From: Lama glama
Lineage: Eukaryota
Reading direction: 5' to 3'
Length of the DNA: 64,000 bases
Assembly: GCA_028534125.1 (NCBI GenBank)
Contig: CM052818.1
Coordinates: forward strand, 25,112,001 to 25,176,000
The translations under genes and the position numbers were made by a program. The notes beneath the pieces are model-generated. The model searched no databases and was not told the DNA's origin. It was given only the letters and a program-made list of their open reading frames with translations. Shown one piece after another: positions 51,522-64,000 of the stretch (within the stretch, counting starts at the first letter, position 1; the number at the start of each line of letters is the position of its first letter).

Positions 51522-52999
51522 TGGATGTCAGTCTTCCTATGAATTGGTTGCCCTTGTAATAGCCTGGTGCCTAGTCCAAGCAACTGGAGAAGCAAGCAGA
51601 CTCTTCCTTCAGTAGGGGCTGTGAGTTAGCCATTTCCCTCTGAAAGGGAGTATTTATATGGGAGGCACCCTGAGGTTTGGCCTGCCCAGTATACTCAAAA
51701 TAGCCTGTCTTCTGTCCCTGTGCCTTTGCTCATGCTTTTCTTTCTGTGCCCTCTTTCCCACCCCTCTTCTTTGTTGTAATTCAGTCCATTTCTCAAACCT
51801 CTGCTTAAATGTATGTCTTCCATAAAGCCACTCCTGTAACACCCCTTTCAGATTTAGAAGTTGGTATTTATATTTTGGAAAATTCACATGACACAGTGCC
51901 TTAGACCAGGTCCCCAAACCTGGCTGAGCATCAGACGCACCTCAGTAGCTTTAAATACGGATTCCTGTGTCCCATCCTAAATCTGTTGATTGAAATCAAT
52001 GGTGGCGGTCTTTGTTGTTTTTCTTTTAAACTCCTTGTATGATTCTTGGATAACCAACCAGCTGGTTCAGTATTGGAATCTGTTCATTTAGACTTAATAT
52101 TTGATGTAAATGTCGACTTTTAAAAGAATCTTAGAAATAATCTTTTCTTCACTTTTTAAAATTGAAGTATAGTTGATTTACAACATTGTGGTTTTTTACT
52201 TTCTTGTTTTTAAATTGGAGGGAGAAGATGTAAGGGAAATTACTTGCTCAGATCCCAATGCTTATTATTGGCAAAGCCAGGACTAAACTTTGCATTTCTT
52301 TACCTCCATTTCAGAACCTTTCTTCATACTCATGTTGGACAGCCCTTTCTAAACAGGAAGCCTTGAATACTGGGAGGTGCTTGGTACACAGCAGATGATC
52401 AGATTTTTACTAGTTGTTATTTAATTCACTTTGTATAGTACATAGCACATTTTTTGCTGTGTAATGGTTGCTTCTTATGTTGTTTACACCCATTCTCACA
52501 CTCAAGGCTTTTTTGATAGTTGGAGATAACTCAGCAATCAATATGCAATCATAACAGAAAAATCCTTTACCACACTAGTGCTGCTATGAATGGCTTCTGA
52601 AAGGGTGACTGAACCAGACTGAATTCTGGGCCAGCTTTGAAATGTAATAGTTTACAAGAGCTCCTCTGAACTGAGATCAGCTTTAGGTGTGCAGGGTTTT
52701 CCTCTCCGGGCCCACTCCCATTTGAGAAAGGTTACCCAAGATCTTTGGGAGTGTGTGTGGAGGAGGGGATGCCTAAACTTGAATGGGAGTCAGCAAAAGG
52801 CTTGTGGGAAGTGACAATAACCTAAACTGAGCTTTAAAAGACATCTGGGAGTTAGGGAAAGAGTTTATCTAGGCAGTTAGTGTCAAAGGGCAAAAGTGTG
52901 GATAGCTTTGGGGAATGGCAAGTTGTTTAGTTTGGCTAGAGCATAAAGTGCAAATTAGAAACTAGAAAGATAGACAGGTGTCAGATAGTAAATGATTCT

Positions 53000-53545
53000 A
53001 TAGGTAAAATGCTGTATTTCACAACTGGCTATCCACATTCAAAAGAGTAAAATTGGAGCCGTGCCTGACATCATATAAAAAATTCACTCAAAATGGATCA
53101 CAGACCTACATGGAAGAGCTAAAACTATAAAAACTCTTAGAAGAAAACAAGGGAAAAAAACCTGACCTTGGATTCCAGGCAATGGTTTCTTAGCTGTGAT
53201 ACCCAAAGCACAAGCAACTAAAAATAGATAAGCAAAATAGGTAAGTTGGGCTTCATCAGAATTAAGGAATTTTGTGCTTCAAAGAGCATCATCAAGAAAA
53301 TGATCAAATCCATAGACACAGAAAGTAAACCAGTACTAATTGTCAGGGACTGGGGAGGGGAGGAGTAGGGGGTGACTGCTAATGGGTCTGGAGGTTTCTT
53401 TCTGGGATGATGAAAATATTTCAAAATGAGATGAGAATGATGGTTACAAAACTGTGAATATATTAAAAACCACTGAATTGTATACATTAAAAGGATGAAG
53501 TTTATGGTATGTGAATTATATCTCAATAAAGCTGTTATAAAATAT
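53000..53545 (+). mobile_element. L1M ORF2 and 3' end fragment
   Basis: aactataaaaactcttagaagaaaac...tgtgaattatatctcaataaagctgtt. Confidence 0.8.
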
Positions 53546-55869
53546 AAAAAGTGCTATATTTATTGAATAATTTAAATTCTCTGATAGGGAATTTGAATTT
53601 GTGTCTTTAAAGCTACGGTGTGCACTCCTGAAGAGTTTTAAACTCAAGAGCAGCATGATCTGAGCATCACTTTCAGAGCATGTCAGAATGGTGATAGTGG
53701 TCAAATCAATGATGTGGCAGAAGACTAGGTCTAGAAGCTTAGAATATTTATCCTTGGTTTTCTGCCCTGGTCAGATCTAGAAATTTTACATTACTGATAC
53801 TGAATTAGATTTTTTTTTTTACTGTATTTAAGGTAATATTTTACAATATTTACCTTGTTTTGATTTTTTTCTAATAAATTTTTCTGAATGATTGAAAAAA
53901 AGAGTAGCAGTTACAGAGTTAGAGATAATACTAATTTTTAAATTTACCTGTTTATAAATTTGACCACTGTGAATTTAGAGACACTAAAATATGGTTTATT
54001 TTAGCTAGAAGACCAAGATTCCTGATGAATCATAATGCTTTAACACCTCTTTAATAAACATAAGGATTTTCATGTTGAAAAGCTTAGAAATTCAGATTTC
54101 TTGATTTTTTTTTTTAATTTTTCTTTCTTTGTGCGAATTATCTTAATTCTGTTAAGTAAATTACTTAACGGACGATATTTCAGAAAGCAAAAAGAGCAGT
54201 AATCATTTTTGCTCACTTGTTTTTCTGTTGACTTTAAAGAACCGTAATTTTAAAACTTGTTATTCTTTAGAAAATTCTGAACTGATTTAAATTTTGAAAA
54301 ATTATATTCGTAAGTCAAGCCTATAGTAAACAGTTGACTTTAGTAAGCTACTTACCTGTAGTTTACTGTCACAGTTTTTCTGTTAAATATGTGCTGGTGT
54401 TAACTATTAGTAAATCTATTTTTAGAAGAGTACATTGTGTACCACAGCCATTTTGGACACTTTGTGTAACTTGTGTTGTCAGTAGAAAGTGTGCCCTCTT
54501 GTGGTCAATTGGGAATAGAATTTCAGTTGTGAAAATAATCATTCTAGCTTTCTTTGAGTTCCTGTTTTTTCTGCTAGTCTATAATGGAATTACCCATACT
54601 CTGAATTTCATTTCAATAAACAGAAAACAGAACCACAGCAAGATTAAATAGAGTTGAAAATTGAAGAGAGTAGCATCTTGTCTTATTTTATTTGGTGAAG
54701 TGCTAAAAAGATGTGAGTTAAAGGACGGTATGAAGAAGGAGCTTAACAGAGAAAAGATTTATCACAGGGTGAGGAAAGGCAAGTAGTCTGATGGTGTTTG
54801 AGAAGATTGATGACTAACATTGATGTGATACACCTAAATGTTTTGCAGGTGCACTCTGCCCTATCCTCTTTAAAATATACTCCTAGAATGATATTCTAAT
54901 TTTATTTCTACTCTATTACATATACATGTGTATATACACATGTGTGTATACGTATAAAAAATATCTTATCTTCTCATCCAAGGGAAAGGAGTAAATACTT
55001 AGCTGGCACTTTTTGAAATGTCTGTCTCATGTAATGGAAATTAAGTTTAGTTTGAAATAAAAGTTCAAGTCTGTTTTGTACTGCCTATAATAAGTCTACA
55101 TCATTAGTGTTTATTATGGGTTTTTTTCTTCCAAAAGAAATGAATTTTCCCTGAAAACTTTAATTTTTTCTCAATTTATATATTTTAATATCTTTGTTCT
55201 TCTTTGAGTTAAAAGGGTAAATTTTTTATTTCAGCAGTGGCTGTGTCTGTCACATGTGTACCTTCTTAAATACTGATTTTTTTAATGCTTTATTATTCTT
55301 AGAAGGATTCCACTGTTAATGCTGTTGTCATCCCCTGTGGATGATTCACTGATCTTTACCAGTCCATTAATAAGAGAATGTTAAAATTGGGAATAATTCT
55401 GGTCACATGAATCAGTGTTTCTGTGATCAGGGAATTGCATAATTGGTCTTCACTGGTTGATATGAAAATCAGTTTATTAAGTTTCAGTTAATACTTTAAC
55501 ATATTATTTTGAAAATTCTGATCCAATTATAAAACATTTTAAATTGACAAAGAGAAACTGCCATTTTTATGCAAATTGAAAAGACAGTTTCTGCTTATTT
55601 ATACATAATTACAGTTGTAAACACCAGCAATCTAATATTGTGGATTGATTTTTTTAATGAGTTTTATTTTTAATATGTGGCTTGTAAAAATCTGTTTGAT
55701 TTTTATTGAATTGTACTTAACTGTAACATCAGGTGTGTCTAAACAGATGCAGGGCGAATGTTTTTACAGTTATATAATGGTGTTTGCTTTTCATATTCTA
55801 TGATTTTTAAATTTAAAAGTTTAAAGCTAGTTCATCAATTCAAAATTTTAACCAGACTTTGAATGAATG

Positions 55870-56130
55870 GCAATGGAGTGTAATGCTTAAAAACTCAGAC
55901 TCTGGAGTCAGACTGCCTGAGTTAGAATCCCAGCACTATCCCTTACTAGTTGTGTGACCTTGGCAAGTTCTTTAATTTCTCTGTGCCTCAGATTCGTCAT
56001 CTGCAACACAGGAATAATATTAGTACCTGCCTCATAGATTGTTGTAAGGATTAAATGAACTGATATAAAAACATATAGAATAGTGCCTGGCACATACTAA
56101 GGTCTGTGTGTGTATTAACTTTTATTACTA
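55870..56130 (+). mobile_element. Near full-length MIR SINE upstream of exon 2
   Basis: gactctggagtcagactgcctgag...tgtgtgaccttggcaagtt...ctgtgcctcag. Confidence 0.85.
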
Positions 56131-56317
56131 CCATTATTAAATTTATACATGGATTAATATTCAAATTCATTGTGCGAATACTCTGTTTTGTAAATATAAA
56201 TCACTTTTGCAGTTCTCACTTTAAATATATTTCTGAATAATTGGAAATAAATAGTAAACTAAAATGACAAACTTTTTTGAAAGCTTTTTTTCACAATTAT
56301 CTTTTCTTCTTTTTTAG

Positions 56318-56375
56318 GCACGGAATGTTAACACTGGTGAATTGGCAGCAATTAAAGTAATAAAATTGGAACCAG
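56318..56375 (+). CDS. MAP4K3: MAP4K3 coding exon 2: ARNVNTGELAAIKVIKLEP(G), includes the ATP-binding lysine K45
   Basis: Acceptor cttttcttcttttttag|GCA; 58-nt exon; donor CAG|GTAAAT at 56376; joins exon 1 in phase 0 and continues the kinase domain. Exon 3 was not found in the window. Confidence 0.97.
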
Positions 56376-57154
56376 GTAAATTAATTGAAATGTGATGTTT
56401 CTTATTGCCATCAGCCACTGGTTATCTTTAAGGCTTGTTTTAATGATGTTTGGTCAACATTCTCTTGTTTCCGACATCTTCTGGAAAATAGAACTGGTAT
56501 CTACTCTTTTCTCCACCTCTTTGAGACCTGTAGACACCTTGCTCAATTTTTCCCTGAAAAATAACAGTGCCTGAGGAGACATTGTTCCTTCTGGACTCAG
56601 CTGAGCTAACTTGTCACAATTGATGGTGGTGAACATTGTCTAGGTGATGAGGGGCAGTGTGTTGTGGTGGAAAGAACAGACCTGAGATTTGGTGGCTGTA
56701 GTCCAGTTCTTTGTGTCCCACGTTCTTGCTCTGTGAACTTGGGCAAGTAAGTTCACTCCTGAGTCTCAGTTTCCTCAATAAACCTAGCTCTCACATTTTA
56801 TAGGTCAGTAATATCATAGTAGTTACGCTCCGCCTTGAACAGCTTGTAAAGCTGTAGGACTACTCCATATTTTTTGTCTGATTCAACCATATTCCATCTC
56901 TGAATTCTCCCTACCCCGCAAGGCCCATGTCTTTCTGAACTAACTACACACCCTTGTTTATCCTCTCTTTAAAACCCCTTCCTCCTCTCCCTCCCACCAT
57001 AAACAAGTCATCATATTAGTGTCTAGACTGAGTTCCACTGTGATGATAGTGCCTCTCTGATGGCTTCTTCCACTACAAAGTGATAATACATGAATTTAGT
57101 AAAAACGGGTTTTAGCTTTGCTATGGGCACAAATCCATTCAGTAATTTTTTTTA

Positions 57155-57352
57155 AAGGGTAGGCAGCTTTGTCTATAAAAGTTGAGATGGTCAAATTCAT
57201 TAGGCTTTTTGGACCACATGTGATCTCTGTATCTCATTCTCTCTCTCTTCCTCTCTCTCTCCTTTCTTCCTCCTAAAATGTAAAAAACATTCTTAGCTTA
57301 AAAGCCATTAGCAAACCAGGCCTCCTGCGGCTGTAGTTTGCCCACACCTGAT
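57155..57352. mobile_element. MER58-like hAT MITE
   Basis: aaaatgtaaaaaacattcttagct...ctgtagtttgcccacacctg. Confidence 0.6.
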
Positions 57353-58716
57353 TTGGATCATCGGTAGACTTTTTAGAAGTTTCATTAAAAAGAAATTTGA
57401 AGAATGTGTTGACTGGCTGTGATCAAATCACATTCAAATATAATGCATTAAAAAAATACTTCCTCAGTTATACATATTTATAGATTTTGTGTACTCTATT
57501 TTCTAACATCATAAGACATAATTTCTTTTTCTGTGAATCTCCTATTCTTTAGTGGATATTTGAAGTTGATGAAATCTGAGATTTAAAAAAATGAAAGATT
57601 TGGCATTTGAAGTAGGGCCTCTATTTTTAACCATTATGAGGTGACTGTGTTATTTGATGAAGTTATCTCTAATTTGAAGTAGTTTGTACATACCTCATTC
57701 TCTCAAATCAGTTTAGTGCCTTCTCTTTCAGGAAGCCTTCCTTCCCTGACCCACGGTCCCATTAAGATGACTCCTCTGCAGGAATAGCTCTGCAGTGGCA
57801 CTTACTACAGCTGTATTGTCATTCTAGAATTGCCCTTCTTTGTTTCTAGGGTTTAATCAACTTTGTGTTCACAGCACTGGACTTAAGACTTGGTGCATGG
57901 TATTCATTCAGGACATCTTAAAACTTCCTTTAAAAAATTAGGAACTTGAAAAATCTTGTTCATCTAGTCATTTGTTTTCTGATTAATAAATTGTTTGCCT
58001 TGTTATGATGTTAACCTTGGATACTATCATGTGTATATTGATCAAAATAAAAGTGGAAAATACAATTAAATAATAAGAAAACTCATTCATATTCTGCACC
58101 CAGAGATAAAAAGGGTTATTACAATAAATATTATTAAGATATATACTTAAATTTAATTAACATTGGATTCCCTACTTATGTGTTTATAGAAACCACCTGA
58201 ATTTTTATATTTAACTTCTTTGTTTTACTGTGTTTATATCCTGTAAGAAATATTTAACATGTTAGTGAGCTTGAAGATTATAGCCCAGTGGTTAAGAGCA
58301 GACTCCAAAGCTAGGCTACTTTGATTCTAGTCTTGCTTGACCACATTGCTTAAGCTTTCTGGGTGAACCTCTGTTTCTTCATCTCTAAAATGGGGATAAT
58401 AATAGTAGCCCCTTCTTCAAGTTATTGTATCGATTAAATGAGCTAATATAACTAAAGCATTTTAAATGTTTCTTAAGAAGTTAAATATTAATTTGCCATA
58501 ATGACCCAGCAATTCCACTCTTTTATGTCTACCCACACAACAGTTTTCACACACAGATGTTTATAGCAGCATTATTCGTAATCTATACCTTTGCCCACAA
58601 AAGAATACTTATAATAAAATCTTTACTTTTAAGCAAAAGTTGATATCTTACTGTTAATTAATTAACATTTCTATGTATTCTAGTAATTGGATATATTTTC
58701 CCCCCATGTTTTGTCT

Positions 58717-61190
58717 CAGTCATTTAACAAGTATTTATTCATTGTCTACTATGTGCTGGGCATTGGTCTAGGTGCTGGGAAAATAGTGGTAAACTGCCCT
58801 TGGGAAGCTTATATTGTAGTTCAGAGAGACAGTAAACAAGGAAGATGATTCATGAACTAAAGCTCATGTTTAAAGTAGTAGAGGCACTTTAGCCAATGTG
58901 ATGATAGGAGACATTGAGAGCAGGTGACATTTGGATTGAGACTTGAATGATGAGAAGACAACAGTCATGAGACAGTCTTGGGGAACAGCATTCTAGGTGG
59001 TCAAGAGCAAGGACAGTGAGTGAGACAAAAATGAGTGCGGCAAGATTGGGAGCGGACAGGAGGCCTGTATGGCTGGATCCTTGGGAGCCAATGGCAGCAG
59101 GGTGTGGAGGACGGCTGGGAAGCTAGGCGAGGACTACATTATAGACGGCCGTGAGCACTGTGGTAAGGAAGTTAGATTTTACTTCAAGCTCAGTGGAAAG
59201 CTTTTGGAGGATTTTTGGACTGAGCAACTGGGTGGTACTGAAGGTACTGTTTAAAGAAATGGGGGAGACTTGAAGGATGAATGTTATCAGCAATCTGGTA
59301 TGTATTTTCAGTAGTCCTGTATTTATTATGTATGTTTTAGATGTTGAACAGGCAGTTTGACATATGCATCTGGAGCTCTGGGGGAAGTTAGGTTAGAGAT
59401 ATGAATTTGAGGGTCCTTAGCATGTAGGTGATACTTACAGCTGTGGAAGTAGATGAGGTCACCTGAGAAGAAATTAGAGATAGGGAAGGATGGCCAAGAT
59501 CGTAACCCTGGGTGATTCTGATCTTAGAGATCAGCTAGAGGAGGAGAACCCAGCAAAGAAAACTTGAGAACAAATAACAAATTAGGTAGGAGAGACACCT
59601 GCCAAGTGTTTTGTCATTGAAGCCCATGGAGGAAAGTCTTTTAGGAAGGAGGGAGATTAGACTCTGTGAGATGATGCTGGGAAATGGGGGTAAGATGACG
59701 ATTGAGAATTGAGCATTGGTTTTGGTGACTTTGATAAATCAGATCAGTGGACTGCGGGAGCTAGTTAAGGAGAGAATGAGAGGAAAGAAAGTGAAGATAG
59801 CAAGAAAGATTCTTCTCTCAAGGCCTTTTGCTAAAAAGGGGCATTATCTGGAACGGGACCTGGGGCTTATGGATGGTTTTTTTTAGTATAGATGATTCTA
59901 AGTTATGTTTTGTGCCAATGAGAAGAAACAGGTAGAGAAGAAGAAATTGATGTTGCAGAAGAACTCTGGGAATAAGTCTGAGGAAATGAAGAGACAGGAT
60001 CCAAGACGTAAGTCTAAAAGCGAGGAGAAGTGATTCATTTTAACAAGAAATAAGGCAGAGTAGAGTATAGAGGCAGGCAGGTTGGTGGCATTGATGGTGG
60101 GAAGATGGGTTCTTATCTGATTCTGCCCATTTTCCTTTTGAACTATAGGACATGGTTGTCATCAGAGTGAGAATTGAAGGGTGTATTGTACATTTAGTGA
60201 TGGAAGTAAAACATTCGAAATAGCCTCGGAGGCTATAAAATGACTTATATCTTGATGTATATATCTTGGAGAGTGCAAAAAATGATATGTAGAGTGGGAT
60301 AAATGTAGTAGGATTGTCTGGCGTTGATAAGTGACCCACTGAAATTCAAAGCTGTAAATTTGAAGTGAGTCTAGTATATAGGTATTGCTCAGGTGCAGGT
60401 ATGGGGAAAGGATAGTTGGGGTTTATCCTTGTAGTTTCGCTTAACAAATATTATGGCGGGAGAGAGGTCTTGGAAGTTGAGGGAGTTTGTAAAGGAATGG
60501 TTATATTGCTGGTCTGTGGAATCAGGGCTGAGTAAGGACAGGAGGTGGTATGGAAAGTGGAAAATGATAACGTCAATGAGATCAGTCCTGTGAGACTGGA
60601 AGATGGTTGGAGTAGGAGAACTGGTCAGTTAGCTGGAAAGATGGTATGACCTGAATGGGATATTTGAAATAAAGACTTTAAAGGTGGTGCATTTATGAAA
60701 GGTGACAAGATTTAAGGTATACCCATGTGAGTGGGGATGTGGCTGTCCAGGAGGCCTGGGTGTTTTGATGGATCATTTTTGAGGATGTTGAGGTCACCAA
60801 AAGGGATGAATAAAGTAGTGATGGAGAAGGAGAGAATGAGCCAGGTGCTGTGCTATCACTGTGAGGTGAATGATGAAGAATTCCAGAAAAGCAGCTACAA
60901 GGGGAAGTAAGAGGTGGTAACTGTGATAATAGTCACTCCAGGAGAGGCTGGGTTTTTGAAGGAGAAGAGTGGGGAGGTATTTGGAAGCAAGAGCGAGGAT
61001 GAAGAAGGATGCCTACCCCATTTCTAGGCCCTGAAGTATGTGGGATGTAAAAGAGCGAATTCCCACAACTTGAGAGGACTGAAGAGGAGGCAGAGTCCTG
61101 GGGGACGGGCAGGTTTCATTTAGAACATACATGTGAAGGGAACCCAGAAAAGAGCTTGAGGGCAAAGAGGAGTTTCCTGGTGACCTGTGA
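58717..61190 (-). mobile_element. Long (~2.5 kb) L2 LINE remnant in intron 2
   Basis: Antisense L2 3' end catttaacaagtatttattcattgtctactatgtgctgggc followed by a purine-rich antisense body. Confidence 0.8.
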
Positions 61191-62399
61191 GATTAAAGAA
61201 TGCTCATTTCTCAGTCAAGGTGTTTATCTTTTATTTATTGATTTTTTTTGAAGATCTTTTTCTATCAAGGATTTTAATCCTTTTTTTAATAAGTTGTCAT
61301 TTTTTTCCTGGGACATCTTCAAAATTTCCATATGACTTTTGGATGTAGATGAATATATAGCTAAATCTATCAGTATTTTTCTTTATGCTTTGAAGGGCTT
61401 GTCATTCCCACTGTTCGTTTATATGTATGTGTATTTTCTATTCACTCGAGTTTTGTTGTACTCTTTCTTTAACATTTCGATCTTAGATCCATGTGGAATT
61501 AGTTTCATGTATGATGTAAAGATCAAACATTTTTTTCTCAAATAGTTAAATCAAGCATCCTAGTACTTTGGTGTAATTGGCTCTGTTCTGGGCTTTCTGG
61601 TCTAATTTAAAGAATTGCCTGTTTATTTTGTTGTCAGTACCACTCTGAAACTAAGTTTTGAAATGATAGTTCTTGAGATAGGTTGTTGAAAAGAATATTT
61701 TTATAGAATGTGATGAAGATTAATTTAATGATTGATAATGGCATATTGTTTGGATGTCAGAGATAGATACAATGATATAAGATACTCAATGACATTGGAA
61801 AATAAAGGTGAATTTTCTAAAATACTTAAATTACAAAAATAATTTTAACCATTATATTTATATAAATATTTCTCAAAGGCATTTCATCTCAAATAGCATC
61901 CTGAGAGTACTGTGTATAGCACAATGTAACTAACAGCTATAACTTATCCTCAACAGCTCGTGACAAATAGAGAACTGTTGCCTCTAAGAAAAAGGTTCCT
62001 CTCTCTTAGTGTCACTTGTTACTTTTCTTTAGGTTGATAAACATTTACTGGCATATACTAAGATAAATGAAAAGACACAGTTCTTGATTTTGAGGTGTCC
62101 AGTCCTTTATATCTGCCTCCTTTGTCTGCTGTTTCTGTTGCATTGTTGGCCAGGAGATTGGGCAGTCAGATTTGTTAGAATTGCATCTAATGAAAAAGTA
62201 AATGCTGTGAGTTTATCAAAAGAACATTTCCTTTGAGCTTTGAGTCCTCTCTCTTGCCTTCTCAAGGTACTTTCTGTCCATGGGTGGTTCTCATTTATGT
62301 TCTGAAAAGTTAAAGTAGTACTAAGTAAGTGCTTAGTTTGAAGCCTAATTGTTACTTGGGAAGAGTTTCTACGATGGGTAGTGGGACTCAAGAGAAAGC

Positions 62400-62610
62400 A
62401 TATGGCATAGTGGTTAAGAATGTGGACTTTGGACCAAAAGTGCTTAGGCTGTAATTGAGGCTCTCTCACAGTAGTCTGTGTGACTTCGGCAAGTTACTTA
62501 ACATTTCTATTTTTCCCTCTGCAAAATGGGCGTAGCAGTAGTTCCTACCTCATAGAATTGTTGTAAAAATTAAGTAGTTTAATATACTTGAAGTACTTAA
62601 AATAGCTGTA
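62400..62610 (+). mobile_element. MIR SINE
   Basis: ggcatagtggttaagaatgtggactttgga...tgtgtgacttcggcaagttacttaac. Confidence 0.8.
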
Positions 62611-63724
62611 ATTTTTATTAATAGGAACTTAAAACTTAAAATTATTATAAGTACATTCATGTTTTACTTGAACAATTAAAATGAGTAAAATTAAATATTA
62701 CTTTTTCATTCTAGGAAATAAATGTAACAGTTGATTTCTTATACTGTCTACTGACTTAATGCTATCTCTTCCCACCTCCGTACCCCTCAACACACACACA
62801 TAACACTCTTGCACATGCCATAGAACTCTCGGAGATGCTGAAAGTGTTTTTTGTGTTAGATTTTTCTTTGTGATAACTGTGGAGGCTACAGAATAAGGCA
62901 AGCTTATGAAATTATTTCCTTAAACTTGCTTTCTTTATAGTGACTACTCAGGTGCAGTGAAATAAAGTTCAGGAATTGCCTTTTTGAACTTAAATATTAT
63001 GTCGAAAGTAGACTATTAAATCTTCAATGGAGGAGGCTTTGTCTCTTAATTATAGCCTTGAGACGGTATGCAGCTCTCTTCACATAAATGTTCAATAAAT
63101 ATTTTATTGAATTAATATTATATATAATTTGTATATAATAAACTAGGATATCCAGAATAGTGATTATTTTTAATGTAAAAACTTTTTTTTAATGTTCAAA
63201 AGAACCTTAACAACTTATGAGTTCAGTTGCTAGAGTTCTTGTACTTTGTGGAACAAAGCAACTTTCTGGACTTTTGTAGGTTACCCATCCTACTTTCTGG
63301 AGAAAATGGAGAAATGTATTTATTATTTGTAAGATAAAATCAATCTCCAGATAAACAGATTAACCCTTTTTATATGTTTAGTTTGGATCTTTGCTATGTA
63401 CATATTTAGTGTTAAAACAAAGAGTCTGTAGGTATCATCTGTATAAGTAACATTAAAAGACTCTGAAATGCTGACAGGTCCTTTTAAAATTAAAAACCAG
63501 GGAAAACACAATTATTATATTGGGTTTGTTTTCTTTGTCAGAGGAGGTACAGGGGAGAATTTAGCAGCATAATTTAAATGAGCCCAGAAAATCAATAAAA
63601 AATAATGACGATGTACGGAACTTGGTTTAGCAGGATCCACTTTCTTATTAGTGTTTTTCCAAATGGTAGAATTATTTTTCTTAAATTCACATATTCACAT
63701 AACAACAGCAACAATAATGGTGAT

Positions 63725-63970
63725 AAAAGTCACAGCAGCCACTCTTTGGTTGCTTGCTTAGGACGTTGTGCCAGGCTCTGCACTAGGCTCTTTGTGTGCT
63801 TTACCTCAGGTAGTCCTCACAGTAACAGACGCTGTGCAGTAGGTATAGTATTATCCTCCCTCTCACAGATTTAGAACAGGGACACAGAAAGATTAAGCAG
63901 CATGTCTGGGGCTGTGTATGACAGTGGAGCAAATTCAGATCCAGATTTGTTTTCCTAGAGCCTATGCTAT
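63725..63970 (-). mobile_element. MIR SINE
   Basis: tgtgccaggctctgcactagg...tattatcctccctctcacagat. Confidence 0.6.
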
Positions 63971-64000
63971 TATATATATTCCCTTATGGATGCTTCCTTT

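Larger units (their letters stand above)
6030..56317 (+). other. MAP4K3: MAP4K3 intron 1 (GT-AG, phase 0; 50,288 nt as assembled)
   Basis: Bounded by the exon 1 donor and exon 2 acceptor; AT-rich and repeat-dense. Confidence 0.93.

Noticed and set aside
55300..55360. Possible C/D-box snoRNA (gatgattcactga)
   Set aside because: No proper RTGATGA C box at a suitable distance from a CTGA D box, and no terminal stem.
58714..61217. tctcagtca at both ends of the long L2 as a TSD
   Set aside because: A 9-mer match around so old an element can be chance, and the element boundaries are uncertain.
56376..64000. Search for MAP4K3 exon 3
   Set aside because: No segment encoding the expected alpha-C/HPNIV region with splice sites was seen; it probably lies beyond the window.

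Overview
Mammalian genomic DNA, most likely a camelid (camel/alpaca lineage), judged from two Vic-1-like tRNA-derived SINEs and young L1 3' ends. The window holds the 5' end of MAP4K3 (GLK, a Ste20/GCK-I family kinase) on the + strand: a CpG-island promoter (~4.9-6.4 kb), coding exon 1 (5934-6029), a ~50-kb phase-0 intron 1, coding exon 2 (56318-56375) and the start of intron 2. Most of the rest is old interspersed repeats (L1, L2, CR1/L3, MIR, MaLR/ERVL LTRs, hAT DNA transposons). A 500-N gap has identical 193-bp flanks and is probably an assembly artefact. Nearly all ORFs in the supplied track are spurious. I found no convincing novel multi-gene system. The best leads are regulatory: (1) a 19-codon uORF in frame with MAP4K3 and separated from it only by one UGA-C stop; (2) a G-quadruplex/hairpin overlap just before the start codon; (3) candidate recursive splice sites and a candidate in-frame 24-nt microexon in intron 1; (4) a CpG-rich MIR carrying two TACGTG motifs. 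Repeat family names come from recalled consensus similarity, not a database search.
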